A DNA stretch of 64,000 bases. Source: Promethearchaeota archaeon (GTDB taxonomy: Archaea; Asgardarchaeota; Lokiarchaeia; Sigyniarchaeales; SOKP01). Both the position numbers and the translations under genes were made by a program. The notes beneath the pieces were generated by a model that worked only from the letters and a program-made list of their open reading frames with translations, was not told the origin of the DNA and made no database searches. The stretch spans positions 160,001-224,000 of the forward strand of contig JAEOSU010000051.1 in NCBI GenBank assembly GCA_016840165.1, in the 5' to 3' direction. How positions within the stretch are numbered: position 1 is the first letter of the stretch; every line of letters starts with the position of its first letter. Shown here piece after piece: positions 1 through 9,509 of this stretch.

Positions 1-2
1 GG

Positions 3-185
3 CATTGGTACAATCCCGTTTTAATCTTTTTAATAGGATACTTTCATTTTTTTGTAGGGGCGTTTTATGTATATGATTTGCCCGAAAAGAAAGATAAGAT
101 TAAAGTAGTAGCCATCATCTATGGAATTTGTGTTGTATTACTATGTATTTTTGGTCCAATATTCGGGCCATTAGGCATTTTTTAA
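3..185 (+). CDS. 3' end of a membrane protein (partial, runs off the window start)
   Basis: Frame 3 is open from the window edge: HWYNPVLIFLIGYFHFFVGAFYVYDLPEKKDKIKVVAIIYGICVVLLCIFGPIFGPLGIF, then TAA at 183-185. It has two hydrophobic segments and is followed by a T-tract. Not in the ORF track. Confidence 0.6.
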   Translation, partial: HWYNPVLIFLIGYFHFFVGAFYVYDLPEKKDKIKVVAIIYGICVVLLCIFGPIFGPLGIF

Positions 186-188
186 TTA

Positions 189-221
189 TTTTTCTTTTTT
201 TTTTTTTCTTAATTTTTCTTT
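189..221 (+). terminator. Oligo-T archaeal-type terminator
   Basis: Long T runs immediately after the stop at 185. Confidence 0.5.
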
Positions 222-420
222 ACTTAGAGAAATATTTGTTCAAACGCCTTTTTTAGCAATTTCTAAATTAAAGCCATAGGTGAGTATTAATAAGTTTTCC
301 CCCCTTTTTTAATAACAAAAAGCCTACAAAAAACTATAAATATGTAGATTAATATAATTTATATTGAAACTATTTCTATATAAAATCTATTTAAAAAAAA
401 TAAAATTTGAGACAATGTAG

Positions 421-963
421 TTGAGACCAATGGTCGCAACAGCAGATAATTTTGAAAGATCTAAAGAGTTTTTCGATAGCGGGGATATTCTTAGTACTCT
501 AGATAGTTTTAACAAAGTTATCGAGAATATTGACCGAACACATACCAACCGTAAAATAGAGCTTATCCAATTCCTACAAAATTTACTAAAACATTGCCAA
601 GATAACAATCTCAAGAGTGAAGAAGCAATGGTACTGCGAGCTCTTGGGAGGACACATGCTAAATTTAAAGAGCATGCTGAGGGTCTAAAGTATTCCTATC
701 AAGCTTTGAAAATTCAGAAGAAGTTAGGCAAAAAAATAGATGTTGCTGAAGGACTTGAATTTCTCGCTGAAGATTTACAGATATCAGGGAATTATGATAA
801 ATGTATTGAATCATTTTCCGAGGCTTCTGAAATCTATCATGATTTAGGGAAATTAAGAAAAGAGAGAGACATAAAAAAGAAAATCTCTAAACTTAAAGAA
901 TTTTCAAAAGAGATGGTAGAAGACGAATATTTCCTTCATAAATTTAACATTGACAAATACTAA
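421..963 (+). CDS. Tetratricopeptide-repeat protein
   Basis: TPR-like helical repeats (EAMVLRALGRTH..., ALKIQKKLG, AEGLEFLAEDLQISGNYDKCIESFSEA). Start is TTG 421 or ATG 430. Confidence 0.7.
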   Translation: MRPMVATADNFERSKEFFDSGDILSTLDSFNKVIENIDRTHTNRKIELIQFLQNLLKHCQDNNLKSEEAMVLRALGRTHAKFKEHAEGLKYSYQALKIQKKLGKKIDVAEGLEFLAEDLQISGNYDKCIESFSEASEIYHDLGKLRKERDIKKKISKLKEFSKEMVEDEYFLHKFNIDKY

Positions 964-1012
964 TCTGGATATCGAAACTATTAATTCACATCTCTTTTTT
1001 TTTCTATTAATT

Positions 1013-2317
1013 TTATCTCGAATTTTTTTCATTAGATAATTTCCGATACAGCTTCGTTAATTCAGATGCAGTCATTACTAATAATTCCTTGATTGAATAT
1101 CCTGTTGCTGCGCTAATATTTCTCAAATCTTCATATTCTGGTTTGATATTGACGATTTGCTTTCCTTTTTTGTTTATAAAATAAGAGATTTTATAGTTAA
1201 TTTCAAAATTTTCTTGATCAAGAACAATTTTCACAATTTCAATCTCCCTATCGATACAGACTCTTTTAGTTTTACTGATACGTACTCCCAATGTTCCTAA
1301 TTCGGAAAAGATATCTTCTAATATTTCATCACTCATTTCAGGGTGACATAGTATTTTTATAACATAGCTGGGTCTATTCTTCTTTGTAATACTCGATATA
1401 ACTTGAATGTCCAATATTTCAGAGTTCTCCATTTTATATATAAAATTACCAATAATTTCCCCCGTAACATCATCTACATCCGTCTCTAAAACATTAACAT
1501 CTTCTAGATAATCCTTAAATTTACTAGTTAAGGTTCCCAAATGCTCTTTTTCAATTTCACCAAAATATATCCGTAGAATGTTTGAAAAATTGTGAAAAGT
1601 TTTTTGTCCTGTTCCAAATGTCACTTTTTTAAGCTTCATTCCTTCAAAAAATTCCTTACAGACAGGATTTAAATTAACTAATAGTGCTGCACCCGTAGGA
1701 GTCACCAATTCTCCCTCAACCGGACCACTTTGAACAATAATTTCTGCATTTTCTAGGATTTTCACTGTTGCAGGTGCAGGAACTGCAAGAGTGCCATGAG
1801 CAGTCTTTATTTTTCCTCCACCTAATGGTAATTGACTACAAAATACTCCGAAATCATCATGGAAGTATCCTATAATTTCTAGGGCTTTAGTTACTCCTAA
1901 TATGTCAATTAAAGTATCTACAGAGCTTAACTCATGAAGATGAATTTGTTCAATTAATTCTCCATGAACCTGGGCTTCAGCTTGAAAAAGCGAGTTTAAT
2001 ACATTATATGCGTAAGTTTTTGCTGGTAGAGAGTAATTACCTCTTTCTAAAGCTGTATCTAATGCCAATTGAAGTGTTTTTGGAGTGCGATGATGTTTAT
2101 CTTCTTTAATTTTTATATTTAATTGATTTACCTGAATACCTGACTTTTCAATCGTTGATAAATCAATTTCAAGTTGAGAAACACTATCGATATATTTCTT
2201 TAAATCAACTAATAATTCTAATACATCATTAGGATCCTGTATTAATCCCAATAACGAAGCTAGAATCATATCTCCAGAAACTCCTGAATTGACGCAATCA
2301 AGATATAAACTTTTCAT
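1013..2317 (-). CDS. larC: Nickel pincer cofactor biosynthesis (nickel insertion) protein LarC
   Basis: N-terminal YLDC..GVSGDMILASL; HGELIEQIHLHELSSVDTLIDI; AHGTLAVPAPAT; GELVTPTGAA; C-terminal ETDVDDVTGE, KKNRP, TLGVR and KPEYED. Confidence 0.93.
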   Translation of the reverse strand: MKSLYLDCVNSGVSGDMILASLLGLIQDPNDVLELLVDLKKYIDSVSQLEIDLSTIEKSGIQVNQLNIKIKEDKHHRTPKTLQLALDTALERGNYSLPAKTYAYNVLNSLFQAEAQVHGELIEQIHLHELSSVDTLIDILGVTKALEIIGYFHDDFGVFCSQLPLGGGKIKTAHGTLAVPAPATVKILENAEIIVQSGPVEGELVTPTGAALLVNLNPVCKEFFEGMKLKKVTFGTGQKTFHNFSNILRIYFGEIEKEHLGTLTSKFKDYLEDVNVLETDVDDVTGEIIGNFIYKMENSEILDIQVISSITKKNRPSYVIKILCHPEMSDEILEDIFSELGTLGVRISKTKRVCIDREIEIVKIVLDQENFEINYKISYFINKKGKQIVNIKPEYEDLRNISAATGYSIKELLVMTASELTKLYRKLSNEKNSR

Positions 2318-2458
2318 TGATTATAACCTTACAGCTTTTTCTTAATCATACTTTACGAATATCAAAAATAATATTAAATTTTAATAATTTAATGATTATA
2401 ATATAAGTATTAAGATTTTGTAGTATGCTTTAAAATTACTAGTTTTTCGGCTAAAATC

Positions 2459-3190
2459 ATGAGTGAACTTCAAACATTAAAATGCTATTTAAATCAGTTG
2501 CCTTCGACACTTATCAGTCTCCTTGGATTGCAACAACCTTCTCATCTTCCAGAACCCGTGTCTGAGGTCTTGGATATGTATAGGGGCGTAGATCGTGTAT
2601 CTATATCCATGCTCGATAACTTTGGGCTCTTTGAGATTACTTATTTCAAACCCCAGTTCATGATTACGAATTCTGAAGCAATGCTGTTGCTTTCAACACG
2701 AAATCCTTATACTCTAGGAGTTCTTCATCAACTTATGTATGGAGGATTTGAAAAAGAGCCGAATGGATTTCATTTACTCCGATATTTAAATGAACATGGT
2801 AAAAAAACATGTTTTGTCGCTCGCAAAAAAGATCTTGATCGTTATAGTGCAAGAACGCATTCCGTTGCAAAAGATACAGATATGAGTACTTGGGTCGAAT
2901 CGGCAAAAACTATTAATAACTTTGATCTTTCCCTGATGCATTACTTAGATTTTGAGAACCTTCATAAACAGCAACAAGCATTAAAACAAAGAACACCCGA
3001 AGATCTAATTGAAAAATTGATTCTACGTACTGATAAATGGATTTTAAGTAATTATAAACAATTGCGGAACAATTCCTTAATGATAATCCTCGGAGACCAT
3101 GGAAGAATAAAATTAGATTTAGAATTTTCAGGAAAGATTGCTCAATGGCGAGAAGCTAGTGTTCCAATTGCGATTTTAATGCGTAAATAA
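2459..3190 (+). CDS. Short alkaline-phosphatase/nucleotide-pyrophosphatase superfamily-like protein
   Basis: SMLDNFG (first metal Asp), PYTL (nucleophile position) and MIILGDHG. Shorter than canonical members. Confidence 0.55.
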   Translation: MSELQTLKCYLNQLPSTLISLLGLQQPSHLPEPVSEVLDMYRGVDRVSISMLDNFGLFEITYFKPQFMITNSEAMLLLSTRNPYTLGVLHQLMYGGFEKEPNGFHLLRYLNEHGKKTCFVARKKDLDRYSARTHSVAKDTDMSTWVESAKTINNFDLSLMHYLDFENLHKQQQALKQRTPEDLIEKLILRTDKWILSNYKQLRNNSLMIILGDHGRIKLDLEFSGKIAQWREASVPIAILMRK

Positions 3191-3210
3191 TCATATAATA
3201 ATCATATAAA

Positions 3211-3735
3211 ATGGAAGAAGAATATAAACGTTTCACTGTTTCGCTCCCTCCCGACTTATATAATGAAATAGAATCATTTAGAAAAAAATTAGGTGTCTCA
3301 CGTTCAGATTTGATCCGAAAAGCGATTTATTCATATCTTATTAGTGAAGAGAGCATTCCCACTGATTCAAATAATGTTATAGGCTGTATTTCTCTCATTA
3401 TGACTCACAAACATATTAAGACTGAAAATGATCAAAATAATCATATTCATTCCCATGAAGTTAATCATGATGCTGATCACCATCATAATCATGATTTTGG
3501 GTCGAGACCGATTTATATGAACGTACAACAAGCGGATGAAGTTTTAAAAACGGACATTCAACATCATTTTGGTGATATAATAATTTCTACGATGCATGTG
3601 CATCTGGAATTCGAAAAGTGTTTGGAAATTATTGCTGTATCTGGCCCAAAAGATAGAGTAGTACGGCTCAAGGAGGATTTGCAGGCATTAAAAAGTGTAA
3701 TCTCAACTGGATTTTTTATTATTGATAGAGAATAA
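3211..3735 (+). CDS. nikR: Nickel-responsive regulator NikR with a His-rich insertion
   Basis: Ribbon-helix-helix N-terminus (KRFTVSLP...SRSDLIRKAI). Ni ligands are retained in IQHHF...STMHVHLEFEKCLEII. Confidence 0.88.
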   Translation: MEEEYKRFTVSLPPDLYNEIESFRKKLGVSRSDLIRKAIYSYLISEESIPTDSNNVIGCISLIMTHKHIKTENDQNNHIHSHEVNHDADHHHNHDFGSRPIYMNVQQADEVLKTDIQHHFGDIIISTMHVHLEFEKCLEIIAVSGPKDRVVRLKEDLQALKSVISTGFFIIDRE

Positions 3736-3977
3736 ATTCTAATAATTTAACCATTCCTTTTCATAAAAAGAAGAGAAGAGAATAAAAAATTCAAGAATTG
3801 AGGGATAGCTTAAAGGATAAGGCGATTTAGGTGAATTTTTTATTCTAAAATCTATTTGTTGTGTGTGTTAATTTATTAATAAGAGAAGCAAAATTTAAGC
3901 CTTAGAACTGTATAAAATTATTAATTTATTATACAACGTGTTAAGGTTAAATATTAAAAATAAATAAAAATAACTTA

Positions 3978-4010
3978 GAAAAAAAAAACTTATTCCATTT
4001 TAATGAATGG
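3978..4010 (-). terminator. Small hairpin plus U-tract after the histone gene
   Basis: The minus strand reads CCATT-CATTAA-AATGG, then AATAAG and a long T run. Confidence 0.55.
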
Positions 4011-4021
4011 TAAAGGATGTT

Positions 4022-4219
4022 TTAAAGATCCTTTTCCTGAACTGTCTTTCTTCCATTTGCTTTAGCCCTTCCTATAGCATTATCAAGTACATTAACGATG
4101 GCATCATTTAATGCTTTACCATCAATTAAATCGCCGCTTGTATTGCAACCTTTTGACTTGATATAATCTCTCACTTTGCTTTTCACAAAAAGGGCGTCCA
4201 CAGTTGCTTTTTTAGCCAT
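4022..4219 (-). CDS. Small histone-fold protein with truncated alpha3 (alpha3/face-to-face-like class)
   Basis: 65 aa: LFVKSKVRDYIK...ALNDAIVNVLDNAIGRAKANGRKTVQEKDL, ending right after the RxTxxxxD signature. Confidence 0.85.
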   Translation of the reverse strand: MAKKATVDALFVKSKVRDYIKSKGCNTSGDLIDGKALNDAIVNVLDNAIGRAKANGRKTVQEKDL

Positions 4220-4228
4220 TTTTATATT

Positions 4229-4233
4229 CCTCC
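4229..4233 (-). promoter_or_regulatory. Shine-Dalgarno site of the histone gene
   Basis: GGAGG on the minus strand, 9 nt upstream of the ATG at 4219. Confidence 0.7.
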
Positions 4234-4568
4234 AAAAATTGTTTTAAATATGTTTTAAAAATAAATTTGTATTTAAAATATAATTCTTCACGCTTCTATT
4301 TAAAGTTAGTTGAAAAATCATCATAGAAGGTTAATATTGTCGGTCTAATCACAATTTATATAAGTATCAAAAGAATGAATTTCTGGGCTTTAAGCACGGT
4401 ATTAATTAAGATCTGAGAGTATCAGTGGTCATATTCTTACTTTTAATATCTCAACTCTTAATTTAGTAGATTAGATGTGGTTATAGACTTTTTTGAACTC
4501 TTAATCGATTTGATTAGTATATGAGTGATTATATTTATTTTTAAAATAATATAACTTCTGAATAATTA

Positions 4569-5564
4569 ATGCTGAAAAAAATTATATCCCGAGCTCCGGT
4601 AAGAATCTGTGATATTGGAGGTTGGACAGACACATGGTTTTATAGAAATGGTGCTGTTTTTAATTTCTGTATTAATCTTTATAGTTATGTGTATATTATT
4701 GAGAATGGAAAAAAAGCTATTAGAATTATCTCTGATAATTTAGATGTCCAAACTTTCATAAAAAGTCATGAATCCATAGAATATGATGGTAAATTAGATT
4801 TAATTAAAGCAGGAATAAAAATGTTAAACATTCACAAGGGTTTAGATATCTATGTAAAAACAGAAGCACCACCTGGAAGTGGTATGGGTACCAGTGCAAG
4901 CCTTGCAGTTGCATTACTTAGTGGTTTAGCCAAAAGCGATAATTTAGAAATTCAACCTAAAGAAATTGCACAATTAGCCCATCAACTTGAAGTTAAAGAA
5001 CTCCATTTAGAGAGTGGAGTTCAAGATCAGTATGCAGCGGCATATGGTGGAACTAATTATATGGAAATTTGCTATCCTTCAGTGAATATAGAACCAATTG
5101 AGATTGATAAAAGTAGGATTTTAGAATTAGAAAAACAATTAATTTTAATCTATATTGGTCCAAGAAGTTCAAGTGAAATGCATAAAGCAGTCATTGAAAA
5201 TTACGAGAAAGGGGATCCCTTTACGATAGATTCTTTTAGGATAATGAAAAATTGTGCTAAAAAGATGAAAAAAGCCATAAATTCTAATATTGAGGCGATT
5301 GGAGATGTTATGAATGAGAATTGGGATGCTCAAAAAAATCTCCATCCTCTTATGACAAATTCACTAATTAAAAAGGCGGAATCTATTGCCTTTGAAAATA
5401 AGGCATTAGGATTTAAGTGTAATGGAGCTGGTGGAGGAGGATCAGCTACCATATTATCAAAAATAGATAATGAGCACAAATTACGAAAAAAGTTAATAGA
5501 AAATGGTTTTACTATCCTACCCTGTAAATTATGCTTTGAAGGAGTAAGAAGCTATAATATCTAA
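4569..5564 (+). CDS. GHMP-family sugar kinase (HddA/heptose-7-phosphate kinase-like)
   Basis: RAPVRICDIGGWTD, PPGSGMGTSAS, GVQDQYAAAYGG, GAGGGG. Confidence 0.85.
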   Translation: MLKKIISRAPVRICDIGGWTDTWFYRNGAVFNFCINLYSYVYIIENGKKAIRIISDNLDVQTFIKSHESIEYDGKLDLIKAGIKMLNIHKGLDIYVKTEAPPGSGMGTSASLAVALLSGLAKSDNLEIQPKEIAQLAHQLEVKELHLESGVQDQYAAAYGGTNYMEICYPSVNIEPIEIDKSRILELEKQLILIYIGPRSSSEMHKAVIENYEKGDPFTIDSFRIMKNCAKKMKKAINSNIEAIGDVMNENWDAQKNLHPLMTNSLIKKAESIAFENKALGFKCNGAGGGGSATILSKIDNEHKLRKKLIENGFTILPCKLCFEGVRSYNI

Positions 5565-5624
5565 CAATAGTTAAATATATCTGAAAAGAACGTGCTTTTT
5601 ATAGTTCCTTATTAAAAAGGTTAT

Positions 5625-6431
5625 ATGAGTATACCTGAAAAATCTTCACAATTACTCAAGATAAAACGAGGTTTTAATGGAATCAAAATTCACAATTTAT
5701 TTATATTTAATAGGGCGGGAATTTGCATTTATGGCCTTAATTTTTCTCAGATTTATACCATTGAACAAGAACAGCTTATCTCTTCCTACTTTACTGCACT
5801 AATGTCATTTACTAAGGAATTAATTGGAGACAAGATTAAAGCTGTTGAAATGGGGGGTGGCATTAAACTTGTTGTATTTGAAAAGATTAACTTATACTAT
5901 TGTATCTTATGTGCGTCATTTGAAAATATTAATCTTTTAGAAGAAATTATTACGAAAATCCATTTAATCATTTTGTCTTATATTAAAAAAAATGATGTTA
6001 AAACGGACATTGAATATATCTATGATGAAAATCTTAATTTTTTAGTGGAAGATGTTATACGAGAAACTCTCAGTAAAGAATTTGATTTAAAAAAAGAAGA
6101 GAAAATCATTGAGTATTTTGATAAAATTCAGGAAATTGACGAGATTCAAGGATCGATCCTTTTAACAGACAGAGGTAAAGTAATTTATTCCACACTTAGA
6201 GATATTGAACTGAAAAAATTTCTCAAACAAGTTGATTTTAGAGTCAAAATATGTAATAATTCTATTTTGAAGCTTTTCTATACCTCACGAGAAAAGGAAT
6301 TGATTTTATCTGAATATATAAATGATTTGTATTTCATTATCTTGATTTTTGATTCCAAAACTAAATTTGGGGTCGCTGAATTTTATTTACAAAAAATTGT
6401 GAATAATATATGCGCAATTTTAAATAAATAA
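5625..6431 (+). CDS. Longin-like plus Roadblock/LC7-like fusion protein
   Basis: N-half IHNLFIFNRAGICIY...QLISSYFTALMSFTKE follows a longin pattern. C-half DEIQGSILLTDRGKVIYSTL...FGVAEFYLQKIV follows a Roadblock pattern. Confidence 0.6.
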   Translation: MSIPEKSSQLLKIKRGFNGIKIHNLFIFNRAGICIYGLNFSQIYTIEQEQLISSYFTALMSFTKELIGDKIKAVEMGGGIKLVVFEKINLYYCILCASFENINLLEEIITKIHLIILSYIKKNDVKTDIEYIYDENLNFLVEDVIRETLSKEFDLKKEEKIIEYFDKIQEIDEIQGSILLTDRGKVIYSTLRDIELKKFLKQVDFRVKICNNSILKLFYTSREKELILSEYINDLYFIILIFDSKTKFGVAEFYLQKIVNNICAILNK

Positions 6432-6564
6432 ATCTTTAACATTACTATAAACCTTAAAAAACATTCTTTCATGATGAATTTAGGGATAGCGAAGTTCTTA
6501 TGAATTATAATAACCAAATTAATATTTGATTCGTGCTAATGTCTAAATAATCATTAAATGAGAA

Positions 6565-7077
6565 ATGTTTAATATGACTAAAACCGAAGAGAATTTGTTA
6601 TCAGCTTTTGCTGGTGAATCTCAAGCAAATCGAAAATATTTAGCATTTGCAAAAAAGGCTGAAAATGATGGTTATCCCAACGTAGCTCATTTATTTCGAG
6701 CTGCTGCTGCTGCTGAAACGGTACATGCTCACAATCACCTACGTTCTTTAGGAGGTATAAAATCTACTGAAGAAAATTTAAAGGAAGCGATTGGTGGAGA
6801 ATTTTATGAATTTACGGAAATGTATCCTGAATATATTTCTGACGCAGAGTCTGAAGGGAATTCGAATGCTAAAAGATCATTTAATTATGCCAATGAGGTG
6901 GAAAAAATCCATCACAATCTATATGAAAAGGCGTTAAAATCGGTAGAAAACGGAAAAGATCTTTTAGAAACTGAAATATACATCTGTCCTATTTGTGGTT
7001 ACACACATGAGGGAACTCCTCCTGATAACTGTCCCGTCTGCGGAGCTGCTAAAAAAGCTTTCCAAAAAGTAGAATAA
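6565..7077 (+). CDS. rbr: Rubrerythrin
   Basis: AFAGESQANRKY, AETVHA, GEFYE, EKIH, and a C-terminal CPICGY...CPVCG rubredoxin domain. Start may be 6574. Confidence 0.95.
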   Translation: MFNMTKTEENLLSAFAGESQANRKYLAFAKKAENDGYPNVAHLFRAAAAAETVHAHNHLRSLGGIKSTEENLKEAIGGEFYEFTEMYPEYISDAESEGNSNAKRSFNYANEVEKIHHNLYEKALKSVENGKDLLETEIYICPICGYTHEGTPPDNCPVCGAAKKAFQKVE

Positions 7078-7092
7078 TTTACTCTTTTTTTT

Positions 7093-8676
7093 TTAAATTA
7101 TCCAGGGGCTAAATCCTTGCTGAATTTGATATAAATAATTATTTGACGAAAATCCGACACTACTTTCTGCTTTCTTGAAATCGCTATATCTCGCTCCTTT
7201 ACGGTAATAATCAATTAAAACTTCTGAAATATTAGCATCTCCCAAAGATAGGATGGTTTGTAGCTTTGCTTCTTTTAATATATCCTTAGGCTTGCGAGTC
7301 TTTAACTTCACAGAATTTATCTGCTTTAGTTCATTGATTAACGTCTGCAATTTCGTATTTAAAGTATTAAAATTATTATCCAAATAGTTATCGGTATAAA
7401 AACCATAAGGAGTATTTAATTTGGGGATAAAAGGATTAATATTCACTTTTAAAGTCCCTCTCTTAAAACCTATTGAATCTAGTTTTTTCAATAGATTGAT
7501 TATGTCTTTAATGTTATTCTCCGTTTCAGAAGGCAACCCTATTAAGAAGTACAATTTAATATATTGGATAGAAGAATTATAGATCTTAGTTGCAACCTCC
7601 AGAATTTTATCATTCGTTATTTTTTTTCCTAACCGAAATCTTAATGATTCTGAGCCCGTTTCGGGAGCGATAGTTATTGTATTCATATTGACTTTTTCAA
7701 AAAGCTTAATCAATTCATCAGTTAAATGGTCCAACCTAATTGAAGGTATGCTTAGTTTTTTGTCTTTCGCAATAATATACTCACATATCTCTTTAAATTT
7801 GGGATGAGAAGAAATACATGAGCCAATCAAACTAACTTTCTCGAAGTGCGATTGCTTTATGCCTTCATCAATAAAGTGAGTTAAATTGTCAAAACTCTTA
7901 TTCCTAAAGGGACTATTATGAAAGGAAGATATGCAAAATTTACATTGAAATGGACATCCTCGATTTACTTCTACAAAAAAATTTTGCTCAAATATCTTGC
8001 CTTTCTCTTCATCACTGGATATGGTTTGATATATTGGATTCGGGGATTCATCAAGGTTTTTTAATAAACCTCTCTTTGGATGGTTATTAAGTGAGGGTAT
8101 ATATATTCCTTCCATACCACTAATCTTAATCAATGAGTTGTTTAATTGCTGGTATCCTAATTTCAAATCAATCATCTCTTCTAAAAATGGTATAAGAGTT
8201 TTTTCTGAATCACCGATGAAAAATACATCAATTATTTCGCTTAAAGGTAGTGGATTAGAAGTTATTACAGGACCTCCAGCAATTATTAAAGGAAAAACTA
8301 TATCCTGATTTTCTTGCTTTTCAACTCTCTCCTTTCGGCTTAGGGGTATTCCTGCTTTATCCAAGGTCCATAAAATATTTTTTAAATCATTTTCGTAGTG
8401 AGCTGAAAATCCTAGTACATCAAATTCCGTTGGTAATATTCTATTTTCTAAACTTCGGATAACATTTGTTGGGGAATGATCATTAGAAGCAGGATATACT
8501 AACTTATCTGGAAGGAATATTCTTTCACAGAGAAATCTTTCATGAGAATTTATCATGTAATAAAGAAGACGGATAGCATAAGAAGAATTAGCTAATTTAT
8601 AGGAATTTGGATAAATTAAACCAAATGTAAGATCAACATGTCTCCAATCTTTAACGATTAATCCTTCATCTATCAT
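7093..8676 (-). CDS. Radical SAM protein (B12-binding-like N-domain, YgiQ/TIGR03960-like)
   Basis: EVNRGCPFQCKFC (CxxxCxxC), IIAGGP..TSNPLP, TIAPETGSE, KLYFLIGLP. Confidence 0.85.
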   Translation of the reverse strand: MIDEGLIVKDWRHVDLTFGLIYPNSYKLANSSYAIRLLYYMINSHERFLCERIFLPDKLVYPASNDHSPTNVIRSLENRILPTEFDVLGFSAHYENDLKNILWTLDKAGIPLSRKERVEKQENQDIVFPLIIAGGPVITSNPLPLSEIIDVFFIGDSEKTLIPFLEEMIDLKLGYQQLNNSLIKISGMEGIYIPSLNNHPKRGLLKNLDESPNPIYQTISSDEEKGKIFEQNFFVEVNRGCPFQCKFCISSFHNSPFRNKSFDNLTHFIDEGIKQSHFEKVSLIGSCISSHPKFKEICEYIIAKDKKLSIPSIRLDHLTDELIKLFEKVNMNTITIAPETGSESLRFRLGKKITNDKILEVATKIYNSSIQYIKLYFLIGLPSETENNIKDIINLLKKLDSIGFKRGTLKVNINPFIPKLNTPYGFYTDNYLDNNFNTLNTKLQTLINELKQINSVKLKTRKPKDILKEAKLQTILSLGDANISEVLIDYYRKGARYSDFKKAESSVGFSSNNYLYQIQQGFSPWII

Positions 8677-8708
8677 TTATAAAATTGCTCAGTATAAAAC
8701 GCTATATA

Positions 8709-9509
8709 CTAATTATTTGTATCTTTTTTAGTTTTAAGTTTTTTGATCTCTTCCACTATCAGTGGTAATATGGTTCCAGTCTTATGATGAATTACAACTT
8801 CAGCCTTTTCATCTAAATAAGTAGGTTGATCATTCACAATAATTAGTTTTCCACCATCTCTGAGGGTATATAAAGGTAGGTTTGAAACAGGAGCAACTTC
8901 TAAGGAAGAACCTGCTATTAACATAACATCTGCTTTTTGAGATAATGCTTGAGATTGATATATCTCGAAAGTAGGAAGAGGCTCTCCAAAAAGCGTGACT
9001 GAAGGCTTTAAAGGCGCAGTACAAACGTCACATAAAGGTGGATAGCTTTTTTCTTTTTTCAACTTTTTTAATACCTGTTCTTTAGTATAGGATGCTTTGC
9101 ATCCCAAACATGTAAAACGATTAACATTTCCATGAACTTCATAGACAATAACTGCACCCGCTTTTTGGTGCAGTTCATCAATATTTTGAGTAATTATCGC
9201 CTTTATAACATCCATTTTTTCTAACTCTGCTATTGCAATATGTCCGGGATTAGGTTTTGCTTTAAATAAAGTCGGTGCTACTTTTTCCGCTAATTCCCAA
9301 AACTTTGTAGGATTTTTTATAAAAGCTTGAATGTTTCCATAAATCTCAGGCTTATATTTTTCCCAGATACCACCATCGCCCCTAAAATCTGGAATTCCTG
9401 ATTCAGTTGATATTCCTGCACCTGTTAATACAATAGCATTCTTTGCATTAAACAACATTTCAGCAGCGTGGAGAATTTTCTTTTTTTCTAATACTTTAAT
9501 AACTTTCAT
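8709..9509 (-). CDS. cobB: NAD-dependent protein deacylase (Sir2/sirtuin)
   Basis: TGAGISTESGIPDFRG, TQNIDELHQ, EVHG, CxxC...CxxC, GSSLEVAP. Confidence 0.93.
   Translation of the reverse strand: MKVIKVLEKKKILHAAEMLFNAKNAIVLTGAGISTESGIPDFRGDGGIWEKYKPEIYGNIQAFIKNPTKFWELAEKVAPTLFKAKPNPGHIAIAELEKMDVIKAIITQNIDELHQKAGAVIVYEVHGNVNRFTCLGCKASYTKEQVLKKLKKEKSYPPLCDVCTAPLKPSVTLFGEPLPTFEIYQSQALSQKADVMLIAGSSLEVAPVSNLPLYTLRDGGKLIIVNDQPTYLDEKAEVVIHHKTGTILPLIVEEIKKLKTKKDTNN

Noticed and set aside
2318-2458. NikR operator in the larC divergent spacer
   Set aside because: Half-site-like words (TCATAC, GTATTA, GTATGC) are present, but not in the GTATGA-N16-TCATAC arrangement.
3995-4010. Hairpin after the histone gene as a metazoan-type histone stem-loop
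   Set aside because: A 5-bp stem with a 6-nt loop does not match the 6-bp/4-nt GGYYYU-UUUC-ARRRCC consensus; an ordinary terminator is the simpler explanation.
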